A stretch of 46,464 nt of DNA from Circinaria calcarea (lineage: Eukaryota): positions 1 through 46,464 of the forward strand of contig JAVECS010000016.1 in the NCBI GenBank assembly GCA_051942165.1, given 5' to 3'. The notes beneath the pieces are model-generated. The model ran no database searches. It saw nothing but the letters and a program-made list of their open reading frames with translations, and was not told the DNA's origin. Each line of letters starts with the position of its first letter. Position 1 is the stretch's first letter. This document shows, in pieces, positions 1-11,798 of this stretch. The translations under genes were made by a program, and so were the position numbers.

Positions 1-282
1 GACTTTATTCCCCCACTCCACAACCTCCTCGCTTGCCTCATTACCAACCCTCTCGATCCCAGCGCCCAGCCCAGCCTTTCTCCCAAAGATCTGGCGACCG
101 AAGCGGGTCTGATCAAACTGAAGATTCAGAAAGCCAAGGCGGCTGTGGAAAGTCTACCGGATATAGACCGTTCGACCGAGGAGCAGGAGGCTGAGATCCG
201 AGAGCTGCAGGAAAGGATCCGCTTCCTGAGAAGCGTTCGGAGGGACATTGCGCAGGCGGGATGCACAGCGAGGGAATCCTAA
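1..282 (+). CDS. MED9: Mediator subunit Med9 (Cse2), 3' part; 5' end outside window
   Basis: Frame 1 is open from base 1 to TAA 280-282: DFIPPLHNLL...PKDLATEAGLIKLKIQKAKAAVESLPDIDRSTEEQEAEIRELQERI. This matches the fungal Med9 C-terminal motif (LPDIDRS.EEQE.EI.EL). It is missing from the ORF track because no start codon is in the window. Confidence 0.85.
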   Translation, partial: DFIPPLHNLLACLITNPLDPSAQPSLSPKDLATEAGLIKLKIQKAKAAVESLPDIDRSTEEQEAEIRELQERIRFLRSVRRDIAQAGCTARES

Positions 283-605
283 CGGGCAGGATATCACGCT
301 GGATGATCGCAAACTGAATCACGAGACACAGGGCTGTCCCGCAAATCGGATAATTCGGGGAGATTAAGTAACGTTAATAGCAGATAAGTCAGTTCCTTGC
401 TATTTCTGGACGACAAATCATGTGTAAGAAAGAGACCTTTGGAAGTATATCAATGCATTTCTCTAATGGATCAGTAGGACTCTCTAATTGCCCATACGAT
501 GTGGTATTGCGTTGAAGCAAGAGGCTGGAGGTCGCCTACGTTCCCACCTTTTCAAATCAAACGCCATAAGCTATGCGAAGTGATCAAACAGCAACCTGCA
601 GCTGA

Positions 606-2230
606 TCAAACAGGAAGTGGAAAACTCCCAGCCCACGCCGAAATTTCCTTCTTCAGCTCATTGATCTCATCGACTTCACCACTTGCAACCTTTGCCTTGA
701 AATCCTTCAGCTTATTTGCTTGCTTCGGTAACTTGGCTTGGACGTCCTGGCATATACCGATACATTGATCAATATACCTTGCAACCTTCCTGAAATCAGC
801 TTCACCCATTCCGCGACTTGACATGGCTGGTGCTCCAATGCGGATGCCGCATGGCGTTAAGGCAGACTTGTCACCTGGTATTGAGTTCTTATTGCAGGCG
901 ATATTGACTTGCTCAAGTACAGCCTCTACTCGTGCTCCATCGAGCGACTTTGGCCGCAGATCAAGAAGGACCATGTGGCTGTCGGTACCGTCTGCGACTA
1001 GCTTGTACCCTAGATGCTTGAATTCTATCTCCAAAGCTTTTGCGTTCTTGATGACTTGCTCCTGATACTGCTTGAATTCGATGGACATTGCTTGCTTCAG
1101 AGCCACGGCTAAGGCGGTTATGGTATGATTGTGAGGACCACCCTGATGGCCAGGGAATACCGAGAAGTTGATGGGCCCCTCCAAGTCATACAGGAGCTCT
1201 TTTCCGTTCTTTGCATCTGTCCTTCTTACACCTTTACGGAAGAAGATCATTGCTCCGCGAGGGCCACGTAAACTCTTGTGGGTTGTTGTAGTGACAATGT
1301 CTGCAAATTCGAAAGGCGAAGGGATCACACCAGCGGCAATTAGGCCTGAAATATGGGCCATATCTACCATCAAGTACGCCCCGCAGAGATCCGCAATCTC
1401 CCTCATACGTTTGTAGTCAATCAATCGGCAGTATGCTGAAGTGCCAGCAACAAGGACTTTTGGTCTGTACATGAGCGCATTTTTCTCCAGGGTTTCGTAA
1501 TCGATTATACCAGTCTCGAGGTTGACCCTATATGGAAACGTCTCGAAATAAGTCGAAACGGCGGAGATCCTAAGGAGGAAGACGTTAATCTAGCCCGCTT
1601 TACAAGGGCCTGCTGCCGGTGGGCTTATGCCTTCAACTTACTTCTTTTGCGGTGTTTGATATCCATGACTCAGGTGTCCCCCATGCGGGAGATCCAAGCC
1701 CATCAATCGATCATGCGGTCTCATGATTGCCTGATAGACTTGTAGATTGGCAGGACTCCCACTCAGGCATTGAACGTTAACGCCCCATTTCTCTGGATCC
1801 AATCCAAAGACCCTAAGCGCACGGGCTTGACATGTCAATTCGATCGTGTCAATATGCTCGTTACCTCCGTAGTAACGCGCACCCGGATAACCCTCGGAGT
1901 ACTTATTCGACATGGGCGAGCCGAGAGCATCGAAGACGGCGCGGGAGGTGAAGTTTTCCGAAGCAATGAGGACTACGGATTCGCGCTGGCGTTTGGTCTC
2001 GAGTTTCTTTGGATAGAGTGTTAATCAGTGCGAAGAATATACGTGAGGCGATACTGGTGAGGGAGGGAGGAAAGGGTGGTGAAATACCATGATCTCAGCG
2101 ATTTCAGGATCGCTCTCCACCAGGGACCTTTCCAGCATCTTAGGTCTTGTCAGCTAAATTTCCAATGCATGTGTCTGCCGGGCATGAAACATACGTCCCG
2201 GTGAGACTGGGGTAAGGCATAGCTGGCCAT
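606..2230 (-). CDS. SHM2: Cytosolic serine hydroxymethyltransferase (4 exons)
   Basis: ATG 2230 ([12 protein letters not shown]). Introns at about 2194-2139, 2087-2007 and 1641-1570. Motifs [31 protein letters not shown] and PLP-lysine [13 protein letters not shown]. No mitochondrial presequence. Confidence 0.97.
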
Positions 2231-2530
2231 ATTGAAGGTTGGAGTTTGGGCGCTGCGAGACAGGTTGGAGTTCAGAAATCGCCCAGGTCTATTCCGAAGT
2301 AGAGCAAAATAAGAATACGAGGGCGGAAATTCATGGGTTGCGCCGATGACGGAGAACTCATGTTTCCCTTGATCAAAAGCAGACTACCGAACTCCTACTG
2401 TAAAGGTGAAAGCATCACCATACACTAGAAAATAGAACACCCTCCCGCTCCTAGTCACACCACGTGTGAGCGCAGTTTCGCCTCTCAGTCGTTTGTGAAA
2501 AGTGCCTTGGTCAAATACGTTGTCTGTTGA

Positions 2531-2625
2531 TAGATTAGATTACGTAGATTAGAATACATAGATATTAGTTTACACAGATTAGATTACATAGATTAGATTA
2601 CATAGGTTAGGTTAGATTAGGTCAG
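2531..2625. repeat. Degenerate tandem repeat, unit about 14 nt (TAGATTAGATTACA), about 6 copies
   Basis: tagattagattacg/tagattagaataca/tagatattagtttaca/cagattagattaca/tagattagattaca/taggttaggttaga, read directly between the eIF3k stop and the SHM2 start. Confidence 0.9.
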
Positions 2626-2848
2626 GGCAAGTGACAATGATTCAATTGCGCCTTGATAGAATCATTTTCTTTCTTCATCCTTGGTAGACTTCGAAAGCCA
2701 TTATTTGGTGATCGCTCCATGCCCGATCAAGCTTCGCATGGCAGGCTAATTCTCCCGTGCTTCTTTGGAGCTGATCTCACAACGCCCTTGCAACGCCAAA
2801 GAATCCCCAGTATCAAAGCCATTCGTCCTAGCTGGCATTGACCATCTT

Positions 2849-3893
2849 TCATGCTGGTTGCTCGTAAGCGCGCTTAATCACCCTTGCAAATTCTGCAAAC
2901 GTTAGTGCGATTTGGATTATTTACGGGGTGTGGACTCACGCTCAAAACTGACATTCTCCCTTACAACGGTTCCTTTGGCTTCATTTTCCTTGTTCACCGG
3001 TATCATGACAACCCCACCACGACCGCCGGTAGTGTTATCAATCCCCCACCCACAGATCTCGATTATGAATCTCTCAAAGTCCTGACCGTGCAACTGTAGC
3101 CAACCTTCCAACAGCCCCCTCTCAAGCTCTCTGCAGCTTTGACCCACGGTAACCGCTATCCGTACTCGAATGAGTTCTTGAAACCCACTCACATCCGCCA
3201 CAAGGTCTGCGTAGAGATCATCACCATCTAGGGTATTCCAAAAGCCCTTGTAGTCTGCTTGGGAAAGTAGCGTGTTCAATGCGGTAAGCTTCTGCACCGC
3301 TTCGGATAGTGGCGCATCGCCGGCGGCAGGCAGCGACGATGAAGATGATGACGCCCGGAGAATGTGGGGCGGTAACAGGTGCAGACAGAGAGAGAAGTCT
3401 GGGGAAGGGAAAACAGTCAGGGCTTTGACAAGGATATTGGTAATCGTTTCGTCGCGGGTAAGGTGGGGATTGAATTGGTAGCTGTGCGAAAGTGGTAGAG
3501 ATCAGCTTTGGAGCGCATAGATCAAGGTGTCAAGAATGTATTAAAATGTAAGAGTAAAATCAGATAGAGCTAATAAACTTCGCTTCAGGAGCAGGAGATT
3601 GATTCAAGATCTTTCCACTCGGTCAGGTAATAGGAAACGTTACGTATTTGATCATCATTTGATGCCGAGACACTTGTCTGCCGATAAGAGGCAGGCGGTA
3701 AACTTAAGAGACGGCAAACTCACAGCTTCAATAATGCTAAGTTTGCGTAACAGTCATATGTACGGTCCTCGCACTGCGCTGTCACGTAGTCCTGGAAAAC
3801 CGCAGTGGTTTCTGGGTTATATCTATCGAGGCCATTTAGTATTGTGTCGATGTGTTCAGGCCTGTCCGGCGCGAAGTCAAATGCTACGCCCAT
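2849..3893 (-). CDS. eIF3k: Translation initiation factor eIF3 subunit K (3 exons)
   Basis: Exon 1 3893-3724: [37 protein letters not shown]...YANLALLKL. Intron 3723-3482. Exon 2 3481-2940: YQFNPHL...[17 protein letters not shown]. Intron 2939-2893. Exon 3: [17 protein letters not shown] at 2851-2849. Confidence 0.95.
3556..3662 (-). ncRNA. Intronic box C/D snoRNA with two rRNA guides
   Basis: Lies in eIF3k intron 1. Box C ATGATGA (3658-3652), box D' CTGA (3626-3623), box D CTGA (3563-3560). The D guide TATTAGCTCTA is complementary to 18S UAGAGCUAAUA. The D' guide ACGTTTCCTATTA pairs with 25S UAAUAGGGAACGU with one G-U. The rRNA segments are recalled conserved sequences. Confidence 0.85.
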
Positions 3894-4631
3894 CTCAACA
3901 GACGACGGATAACCTTCTGTGCAACATTTACGGGAGAAGAATCAAGGACCTAGGAACTTAAGAATTTCCAGCTTATAGGGCTGAGATAACCTTAGGCGAG
4001 ACGTCCTCCCTTCGAGGCTGGGGATCCAAGCAAATCGCAGTTTTTTCACACATCTTTTGCCGAGGGAAAACTACGCTTTTTTAGTACCCTAGCCTGGTCC
4101 TTTGTCCGCATCACAATGCGAGTTCGGACAGTTTGGTGCCACTACGGAAAATGCACTTGGTACGGAGGAGATAAGTCCCCCCAATTTTCCCAACTTTCGG
4201 TGGGCAGTCTTTAACTGTGGTCTCAGGGGGAATAGTCCAGTTCTCGGTTACCCTGTATACTCAACAACAGTCCTTATAAATTTCTAGAGAGAAAGTGATA
4301 GCCTGTTGAATGGGCCCTCCGAATATATTCGGACCTTTTTAAATAAGATTAAACCATGATTTGGGCTTGCTGCGGCGGTTGCAAAAAACCACGCTAACAA
4401 CTATTTCCCTCCGACCACGGTAAGCTATCATTGCTGACTCAGTCTAGGTAATGGTGCTAACTTCGATTCTAGCTAGTCTGGGGTATCTTTAGAGCACAAA
4501 AAAAGTCTAGTCGTAAGATAACCCCGAAGCAGTCGCTAAAAGGTTTTTAAAAAAAAAAGAAAAATTGGGAATAGCTCCAGAAAAGGAGTTCCTTGGCAAA
4601 AGCCCCATACACAGATCCCTTGTATGATTCT

Positions 4632-5961
4632 TTATACCAGGACCTGGACGGGGTGTGATGACAGGGCTGGAGAGTAGCACGATGTTGTGGATTGTGTCAT
4701 CATCCGGGGTGCATCGGGTGTAGAGGTCCTCTTCCTCTCTGACTTTGGTAGTCTTTTAGTGCTATCTTCTCGGGTCTCTTCTTGCTCGTAGTATCGGTGG
4801 ATGGGTTTATGTCCATCAACCGCAAGCGTTGCATCATTATCCGTAATCGGCTGCTTCACCCTTATACCACCGAGGAGCTTCCCCAAATCCTGCAGCATAC
4901 ATACGAATATCATGTGAAGCTCACAGAAGAAGTTTTCGTTATCCACGAGTTCGGCAATGCCGCTAGCCCTGACGTTCGCCGTACCACGCCGAGGATATCC
5001 ATCAGGATCCATGGTACGCCCAGTCAAGAAGGACGATATTGGAGTAATGTGGCCGGTCTGCGGAGGACTGTCTTCGGTCAGGGAAGTCCGTAAAGCGACC
5101 TGGTCAGCGGTCTCAATAATGTTTCTTGCGAGTTGCTCGAAGAGGCTCCAGATAATAGTACAGGCCTCGAAAGCACGCCTACAATCGGATCCAGCCAGTG
5201 CGAGGAGCGCATAGTAACGTTGTCGACCTCGAGCATGGGGATCCGCTAAGCGAAAGACATAAGCTATTGTATAGCCTACAGAGGGATCGCCAAAGCACAG
5301 AGGACCTGCAGTCTGCCCGCGGGGAAGTTGTTCGCCAGACAGAGTGCGAATCGTGGCTCTTCGAAGACTTGAAAAGCTGTCGGATTCGGCCGGGCTTGAA
5401 TTGGATACATATTCTAGGCTGTGAGTATGACATGAGGTGATTGACGCGGCGGAACAGAAAGATTCAGGAGTTGAAGGTAGATTCAGGCTGTCGTCTTGCA
5501 ACTCCGAGTATTCGTTGACGCAGGCATGAATAACTTCTGTGGTCCTCAAAGGAGGAGACGTATCTGCGCCTGTTGTGCTCCTCCTGAAGCTTTTCCGAGT
5601 CCCCGAAGATAAGTCTTCGGGTAAGCTAACGCGACAGCTGGCGCATCCATCATCCGCATGTCCACCGATGTTGAAGTGTGGCCCGTTTGTGTTGCTTCTT
5701 TGGTCTTTCGGGGAGAAGAGGTAGGTCGGTGTTGGCGGCAGCCCTTTAGATGGCTGCGATGAATGCAACACAGGAGGGAAACAGGCCGAACAAGGAATCG
5801 GGAGCGCCTGCGTGCACAGAATAGAGGTAGGTCCGTGGAGCTCACAGAAGTGCGCAAGGGAAAGCTAGGAGCAAGGGACCGATCAGCGAAGTCTTATACC
5901 GGGCTTGATGCACCCCACGTCAGATGACTTTGCCAGGTACCTAACATACCGTGAAATCCAT
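4632..5961 (-). CDS. LST7: Folliculin/Lst7 family protein (Rag/Gtr GAP component), 2 coding exons
   Basis: Micro-exon MDFT (5961-5950), intron 5949-5865 (GTATGT..TAG), then LSLAHFCELHGPTSILCTQ, C-x2-C, IRTLSGE, FGD...GYTIAYVFRLADPHARGRQRYYAL. These are hallmark folliculin motifs. Confidence 0.92.
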
Positions 5962-7187
5962 GCCTACACTCAACACTCGACTGATCGGGCCAAGGACATG
6001 CTTACTCTGAATGGCGTCGTGATGCAGGTTTGAATCGCAGTGGTTGGGCGCAACACAACCGAGGCCTCCTATCGTCGACCACTGCAGGGCGTGGCTTTCG
6101 AGAATGACCAGCGACAAGGACAAAGATGGGAATGTCAATTTGGAGACAGCTTCAAAGATCGGACTCTGGCCTGGCCTTCCAGCAACCACGACCTCGTTGT
6201 CGGAGCGCGCTCCAATGGTCGGTCCTTATTGGGTCACCCCACGCTTTGTCACTGTCGCAAAGCAGCTAATCGATCTCGCAGGCAACTCCGAGAAGAGAGC
6301 AATCGATCGCGCAGGTAGGAGAAAGGCAGCAGGAAACTAGCAAGAAAGTCGGAGGGTGGGATGATGGGTGGATGGACGGCTCTCTCTCGTGGTTGATTAC
6401 GGTATTTGATTTAGGAGGTGGTGCTCAGCGTTCTGATCGGTTATAGGATTTCCATGCCGGCTTACAGAGTATTGCCGTTTAGCGCTCTCTAGCCCCACTT
6501 AGCGTTCTTCACCACTGTATTTATTTACTTCACATCGTATGGCGGACAGCGTACTATAGTACGTACAGAGCACAGACTCCACCCCGGCTAAAATACACAA
6601 TCCCGTATTATGGATGATACTAGCCTGATCTCGGTTTCCCACTGAAAATGGTCCGTGCAATAGGATACCATCCTGGGGTATGTTAGCCGGCAGAATCTGT
6701 ACTCTGTACGTTTCATGTGGAAGAGCCCAAGGGTGCGTCGAACCTTGAACAACTACGTAACGATAATGACCATCTCCCGGATCTGACGATGTCGGTACAA
6801 GATTCCCTGGAGAGTTGGCCGGCTCTAGCGGATGTTTCTACTCTATCCGTGGTGAATGCCTCCCAATCACCGCGCAAGGGCCTTCACGGCCATTCTTACG
6901 AGGATAGGAGGAAGTGAACTCTGGAAACAGAGTGCACTAGATGATCAACACCATGAGACTCGAGGGTGAACATAGACATGGGTATTGACAGCTTCGAATT
7001 TCCCCTCTGCATTCTAGGGTATCTCTAAACGCTCTCATATTCATGCAATAGCCCCTTTAAGCCGTGTCTCCTTTCGTAGTACGGCCATCCGGTTGTCCCC
7101 ATAGTAAGATGGCTCTTCATTGCAGCGTATACCCGGTCTCTTCAGCATTCCGAGAGACTTGGTCCAGCCAGCTTCTGCCACGGTCAA

Positions 7188-9898
7188 TCACTCCGACTTC
7201 CCCCCTCCGGACCATCTGTCGCGCAGGTTCCTCCTTACTTTCCAGATTCTGTCTTTGCACTGCTTGCCTTCGCTGCCTTGGTCCATGGTGATCCAATCCA
7301 CGTTTCTAGCCCAGTCCTCCATGTCGAACTCTACATCCAAGTAGCCACTATCGTCCGACTCAGCTTCGTCGCCGACATCATATCGAGGCGTATTTCCGCG
7401 TGTTTTCTTCCTTTTTCGACTTGAGACGGCAGCATTGTATTCCTCCATGTACGACCATTCGGGCAGATCCAATCTCCCTCTTACCAGAACGATTCTCCCC
7501 CCCGCCTCGCAATGGCCCTCAATTACGGTCCTTGGTATTGGCGTGACTACATGTAGTGACCTGTTTTCCCGATCTATCCCACGGACAAGCATCTGACCGA
7601 GAGACCGAGTCTTCGATGGATCGAGCGGTATATTCACTCCAAGGCCATTGAAGAGGCAAGGCAGCTCCTCTTCTGTGCGCCGTATCCAAGGGTGGTCTGG
7701 TCCTGAGCTTGACAAGGCACCTCGAGCCTCCGAGAAATCTGAGTTGGAGCGAGAAAACCTTACAACGTCATGTGAGCTTTGACCCTCGCATACCTCGTTA
7801 TCTGCCGACTGAGGAGGAGTTACTCCGTCGCCATCAACAACCAGCTCCGACTCGGAGGGATCTTCATGAGAACTAGTATCTTGATAAACTTGGCTAGAAG
7901 CAATACCCTGTACTGCCAAGACCGAATCGTCTTCGATGGCGACCACTCCAAGCACAGATCCGTCAATAAGGTCGAAGAGACATTTCATGTCTAACTCGTC
8001 TCCCAGAATCATTATGCCAAATACGACCTGTTCCGTACCTGCATACTGCAGTGTCAATGACTTTTGGAAATTGATGATTGAGGGATCCCATTGAAGACCA
8101 TTCTCGTCCGGTTTGTCGAGATGAAAATACGAAAGACTTTGCATAAGCCGCAAATCTGCGGGTGTCCGGGTTGCATACTGAGAGGGCTGTGACGTCAGCT
8201 TATGGAAAGATATCTGTGCCTTTTGTGCCGCTGTTTCTAGTACGTCGTGTACCTCCTCAGGGCCTGTTCTGCTCATATACACAATGTCCGTGAGGATTGG
8301 ACTTCGGAGGAGCTCAGCGAGGATTTCTAGACCACCACCGCCAACCCAACCGGAGCAATTGACGATCAACGGACAAGACGGGTAGGAGGATATTGTTTGC
8401 TGATAATGGTTCAAAAGATCCGCTATGCAACGCAAATAATGATCCGGATCATCTCTCGGTGACACGGACCCGATATGATGAGCCTTTAGGAGCCGATCCC
8501 CAGCTCGAATATTCGGTATTGGATGGGTAAATGGAGGGGAGAAAACACATGATCTGAGGTGCAGTAACGAAATCTCACCGGGTGGTGAGAACTCCGGTTG
8601 ACCAGGATCAATGTCAAGTAAGAGGAGTCCGTCAGAGGACCCAGTAGATGCAGGGCGTGTGAGGATGGTGTTGCTCAGCAATCGGGCAAATGTGGATTTT
8701 CCTGACGCTTTAGGACCGCAGATCAAAACTCCGTGAGGCCGAAGACTCGTTCCAACCGTGAACTTAGTGGCCAGCGCTTGCCAGTCAGGGCAGGGGTTGA
8801 CGGTAGCTATGGGTCGACGGTGGGGATCGTCCAATGAAGTTTGTAGCTTTACTATCGATCAACCACTCGATCATATTTCGCCATGGGAGTTACATACAAA
8901 GCTGAAAGACCTCTTTACCATATTTGTGGACTGAGAATTTTGTGATAAAAAAGTATTTCCATAATTCCAAACCCGTCTGAAGTTGCCATGCAGTTGACCT
9001 AGGAGCCGAATTCGAGTCCTACAGGAGATTAACGTGACCTCGGCCGGTTGTGACTCTGGGCCATAAGGGTTGCGGCTATGCCGAATCGAAGGAAGGGAAT
9101 GCGTAGAGGCTGCGTATATTCGATGTGCTTGAGAAGATGGATGAAGCGTTGCCCCCTGTATGACTACAGCGCCCCTACGTACCCAAAGTTCATAAATGCC
9201 TAGCAAGGTCAAGCTCTGCAGGCACGTCAGCCGATTGCCAGCTGAGTTGCCCGAAGCTAATCCCAACGAACATCACCATTATTCAGGAGAACTGTCAGTT
9301 CCTTTTCTGTATTTGCAAGCACATTTAGCTTGGACGGTACGAAGGTGCAGAGCTGGTTGGTTGGTATGTTAGCATGGGAAAGGATTTCAGGCTCAGGGCT
9401 ACAAGATCTTAGCCGTCTGGTGGGCGATCCAATTCAAGAGTGAAAAACCTGCTGTTGGCGAGTTCGACACCGCTGCCGCTATCAATGTCACTCCCATGCA
9501 ATACAACATCTTCTTTCTCCGGTGACTCTGGTTTCCATGAATTGTCCGACGAATCACTTGACCAATCTATGTCTAATATATGGCTCTTTGAAAACGGAAG
9601 TTGTTGTTGTAAAGGGGTACTCGGACCAGAATGAATCTCGGATTCCTTGAGAGTATCGTGTGCCCCTGTCTTCTGCGCAGTACACGAACCAGCCCAAGGA
9701 GGAGCCGTTCGTTTCTTATTTTCGACAGAATCGTTTATGTGCTTGGGTGGATTTTGCAAGGCTCGTCGTGCGGCGAAGGCGCTCACAGGCATATCTACAG
9801 CACTTTCGTAAGCTAACTGGTCCTCGTATATATCTGCACTTAGCGTGAGGCGTACCATGACTTGGCACGGTAGCCTTTGTTCTCTTTCTTTTAGGCAT
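7188..9898 (-). CDS. GRC3: Polynucleotide 5'-hydroxyl kinase Grc3/Nol9 (about 5 exons)
   Basis: ATG 9898 MPKRKRTK, then spliced exons DMPVSAFAARR, QLCTFVPSKLN, SLTLLGIYELWVRRG. Main exon has the P-loop ICGPKASGKSTF, DIDPGQPEFSPPG and IVNCSGWV. Intron 2 boundaries are ambiguous. Confidence 0.93.
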
Positions 9899-10260
9899 CG
9901 CGACCGCCGTTCTTTACATGTGACCTTACACAGTGGGTATCGGTGCTAGATAGATATTTCTCGCTAAACCCGTCCTACGTCCAGAGAGTTAAATAGTGAG
10001 GGATAAGGATTTAAGCTCAAACTCTAGCGAGATCTGGGGGGATGCGGAGTACAATTAAAGAAATAAAGTAAGGCCTATCCCTGTTCCGTATCATAGGGTG
10101 CTATTCTAGTGTCGTGTGGAAAACTTCTTGAATCTTAAAACCTGGTGAACTTGGGACTATGATTGAAACGTTTCGTAACGTGTACACAGTAGATAATCCT
10201 AATATGAAGGACCCCAACCAGTCTAAGTCGTCACTGAAAGACCCATTTACAACGAGGTCT

Positions 10261-11676
10261 ATGAGCAAACCTAACACAAAATCGAGAAGCGCCAGCACGG
10301 TTGATAAGATTTCTACGCTTAGCACGGAGTTCATCGTTGAATCAGATGATGATAAAGATACCGAGAGCCGTACGAATAGTACAGTGGAGTCTAGCATTAC
10401 GAATGGAACGAAGTCGATATCTCCAAGTTCACCGTTTCCAGGACCAACACCGCTTGGGGCAAGAGCCAAAGCTTCTGGGAAAAAAAGGCCCTCGTCACCT
10501 GATGGTGCCGTCAACATCTCTCGCAGCTCGAAAATTGACGTTTCAAGAGGGAGCTCAAGTGAAAGTGAGAGTGGTTATGATACAGAGGAAAGCAAGAGCA
10601 GAGACGCGGAGAAATCGTATAGCCATCCTTTCGACATTATTATCGTTGATCTAACATGATGACTTAGATCGAGATCCCCTCAGAATATTCCACGGCTCAT
10701 CCCAGCCTACAAGCCTCCGAATGGCTTTGGGCGTGCAAAGATCACGTTACCGAGCTCCTCTACGTTATCTACACTATTCCCAGTGGCAGATTCTAGCAAT
10801 AGGCAATTATGGCACATCACTGTACCAGCGACAATACCAATTAACGAAATTCAGAAAACCTCCATGCCTAATCTGTTGAAGACCGAAGCCATTGTGTCTC
10901 ATAAAGGATCTTATTATGGTTTTGTTGAGGACCCGAGAAGCGGCCAGGACAAAAAGCATATTTTGATACCCAACGCACAAGAAAGCCAATACCAATCTAT
11001 CTCCGCCAATGTCGACCGAACATTACATCTTCGGCATCTCGTACAGCTGCCAAACCTTACGAACACCACAGGAAGACGTGGTGATGGACCACAAGAGAGT
11101 CTTGCGCTTCCAAGAACCCATAGGAAATTTGTTCGACAACAACCAGAGGGATTAAGGATGCGCTACCGACCTTTCGGTGACACAGAGCAGGAACCTGAGG
11201 GAAATGCATCCGACAATTCTATCGCGGATGATGGGGAAAATAGCAAAGCTCAATTTCGTCCACCCCTTGGATTTGAGAAGATGAATGTTGATCCTATCAG
11301 CCGTGATGAGGACGGGCGTACAGCTAAGAAGTGGCGGAAAAAAGAATTGCCAACGTCGATTAGGAATGGGAATATGAAAGGACCTGTGAATACTGCAGAC
11401 CCAAGCAGCACCGCGCAGGCGGAGGATCTGCAGAAATCCCCTGCAGATGGGGATTTCATGAGGGAACTTAGTATAGCCAAGGGCACCGCCGACGATTCAC
11501 GTCAGAATGGCACGAAGATACATAAAAATAGGACTAGCGAAGCGAGGACAGCCCAGAAAGAAGAAAAAAGACGGCGGAAAGAGCAGGAGAGGACCGGGGA
11601 AGATCAAGTTGAACACAACATGGAGACTTTACGGAAAAAGCGGAAAAGGCATCAGGAACAAGTTGTAGGGGTCTAG
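10261..11676 (+). CDS. RPA34: RNA polymerase I subunit A34 (Rpa34.5), 2 exons
   Basis: Exon 1 contains LSTEFIVESDDD. Intron 10617-10667 joins in frame to PAYKPPNGF, QLWHITVPATIPI and RQQPEGLRMRYRPFG, followed by a Lys-rich tail. The start could be an upstream in-frame ATG (10159 or 10204). Confidence 0.85.
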
Positions 11677-11798
11677 GAATAACTTGTCTAAACCATTGCC
11701 GCTGATATTTGCATGCGTATTTTGTCGGTTTTCGCGTGTAATTTCATCATTAATCCGCTGCGTGATCAAGATAAAGCCCCTCTGATAGGTTCTTGTCT

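Noticed and set aside
2603..2627. TTAGG-like units resembling telomeric repeats
   Set aside because: Not TTAGGG; it is the degenerate end of the 14-nt minisatellite.
4054..4602. Imperfect inverted repeat (CTTTTGCCGAGGGA / TTCCTTGGCAAAAG) suggesting a MITE
   Set aside because: Only 12/14 identity, which is expected by chance in about 600 bp. No target-site duplication or transposase remnant seen.
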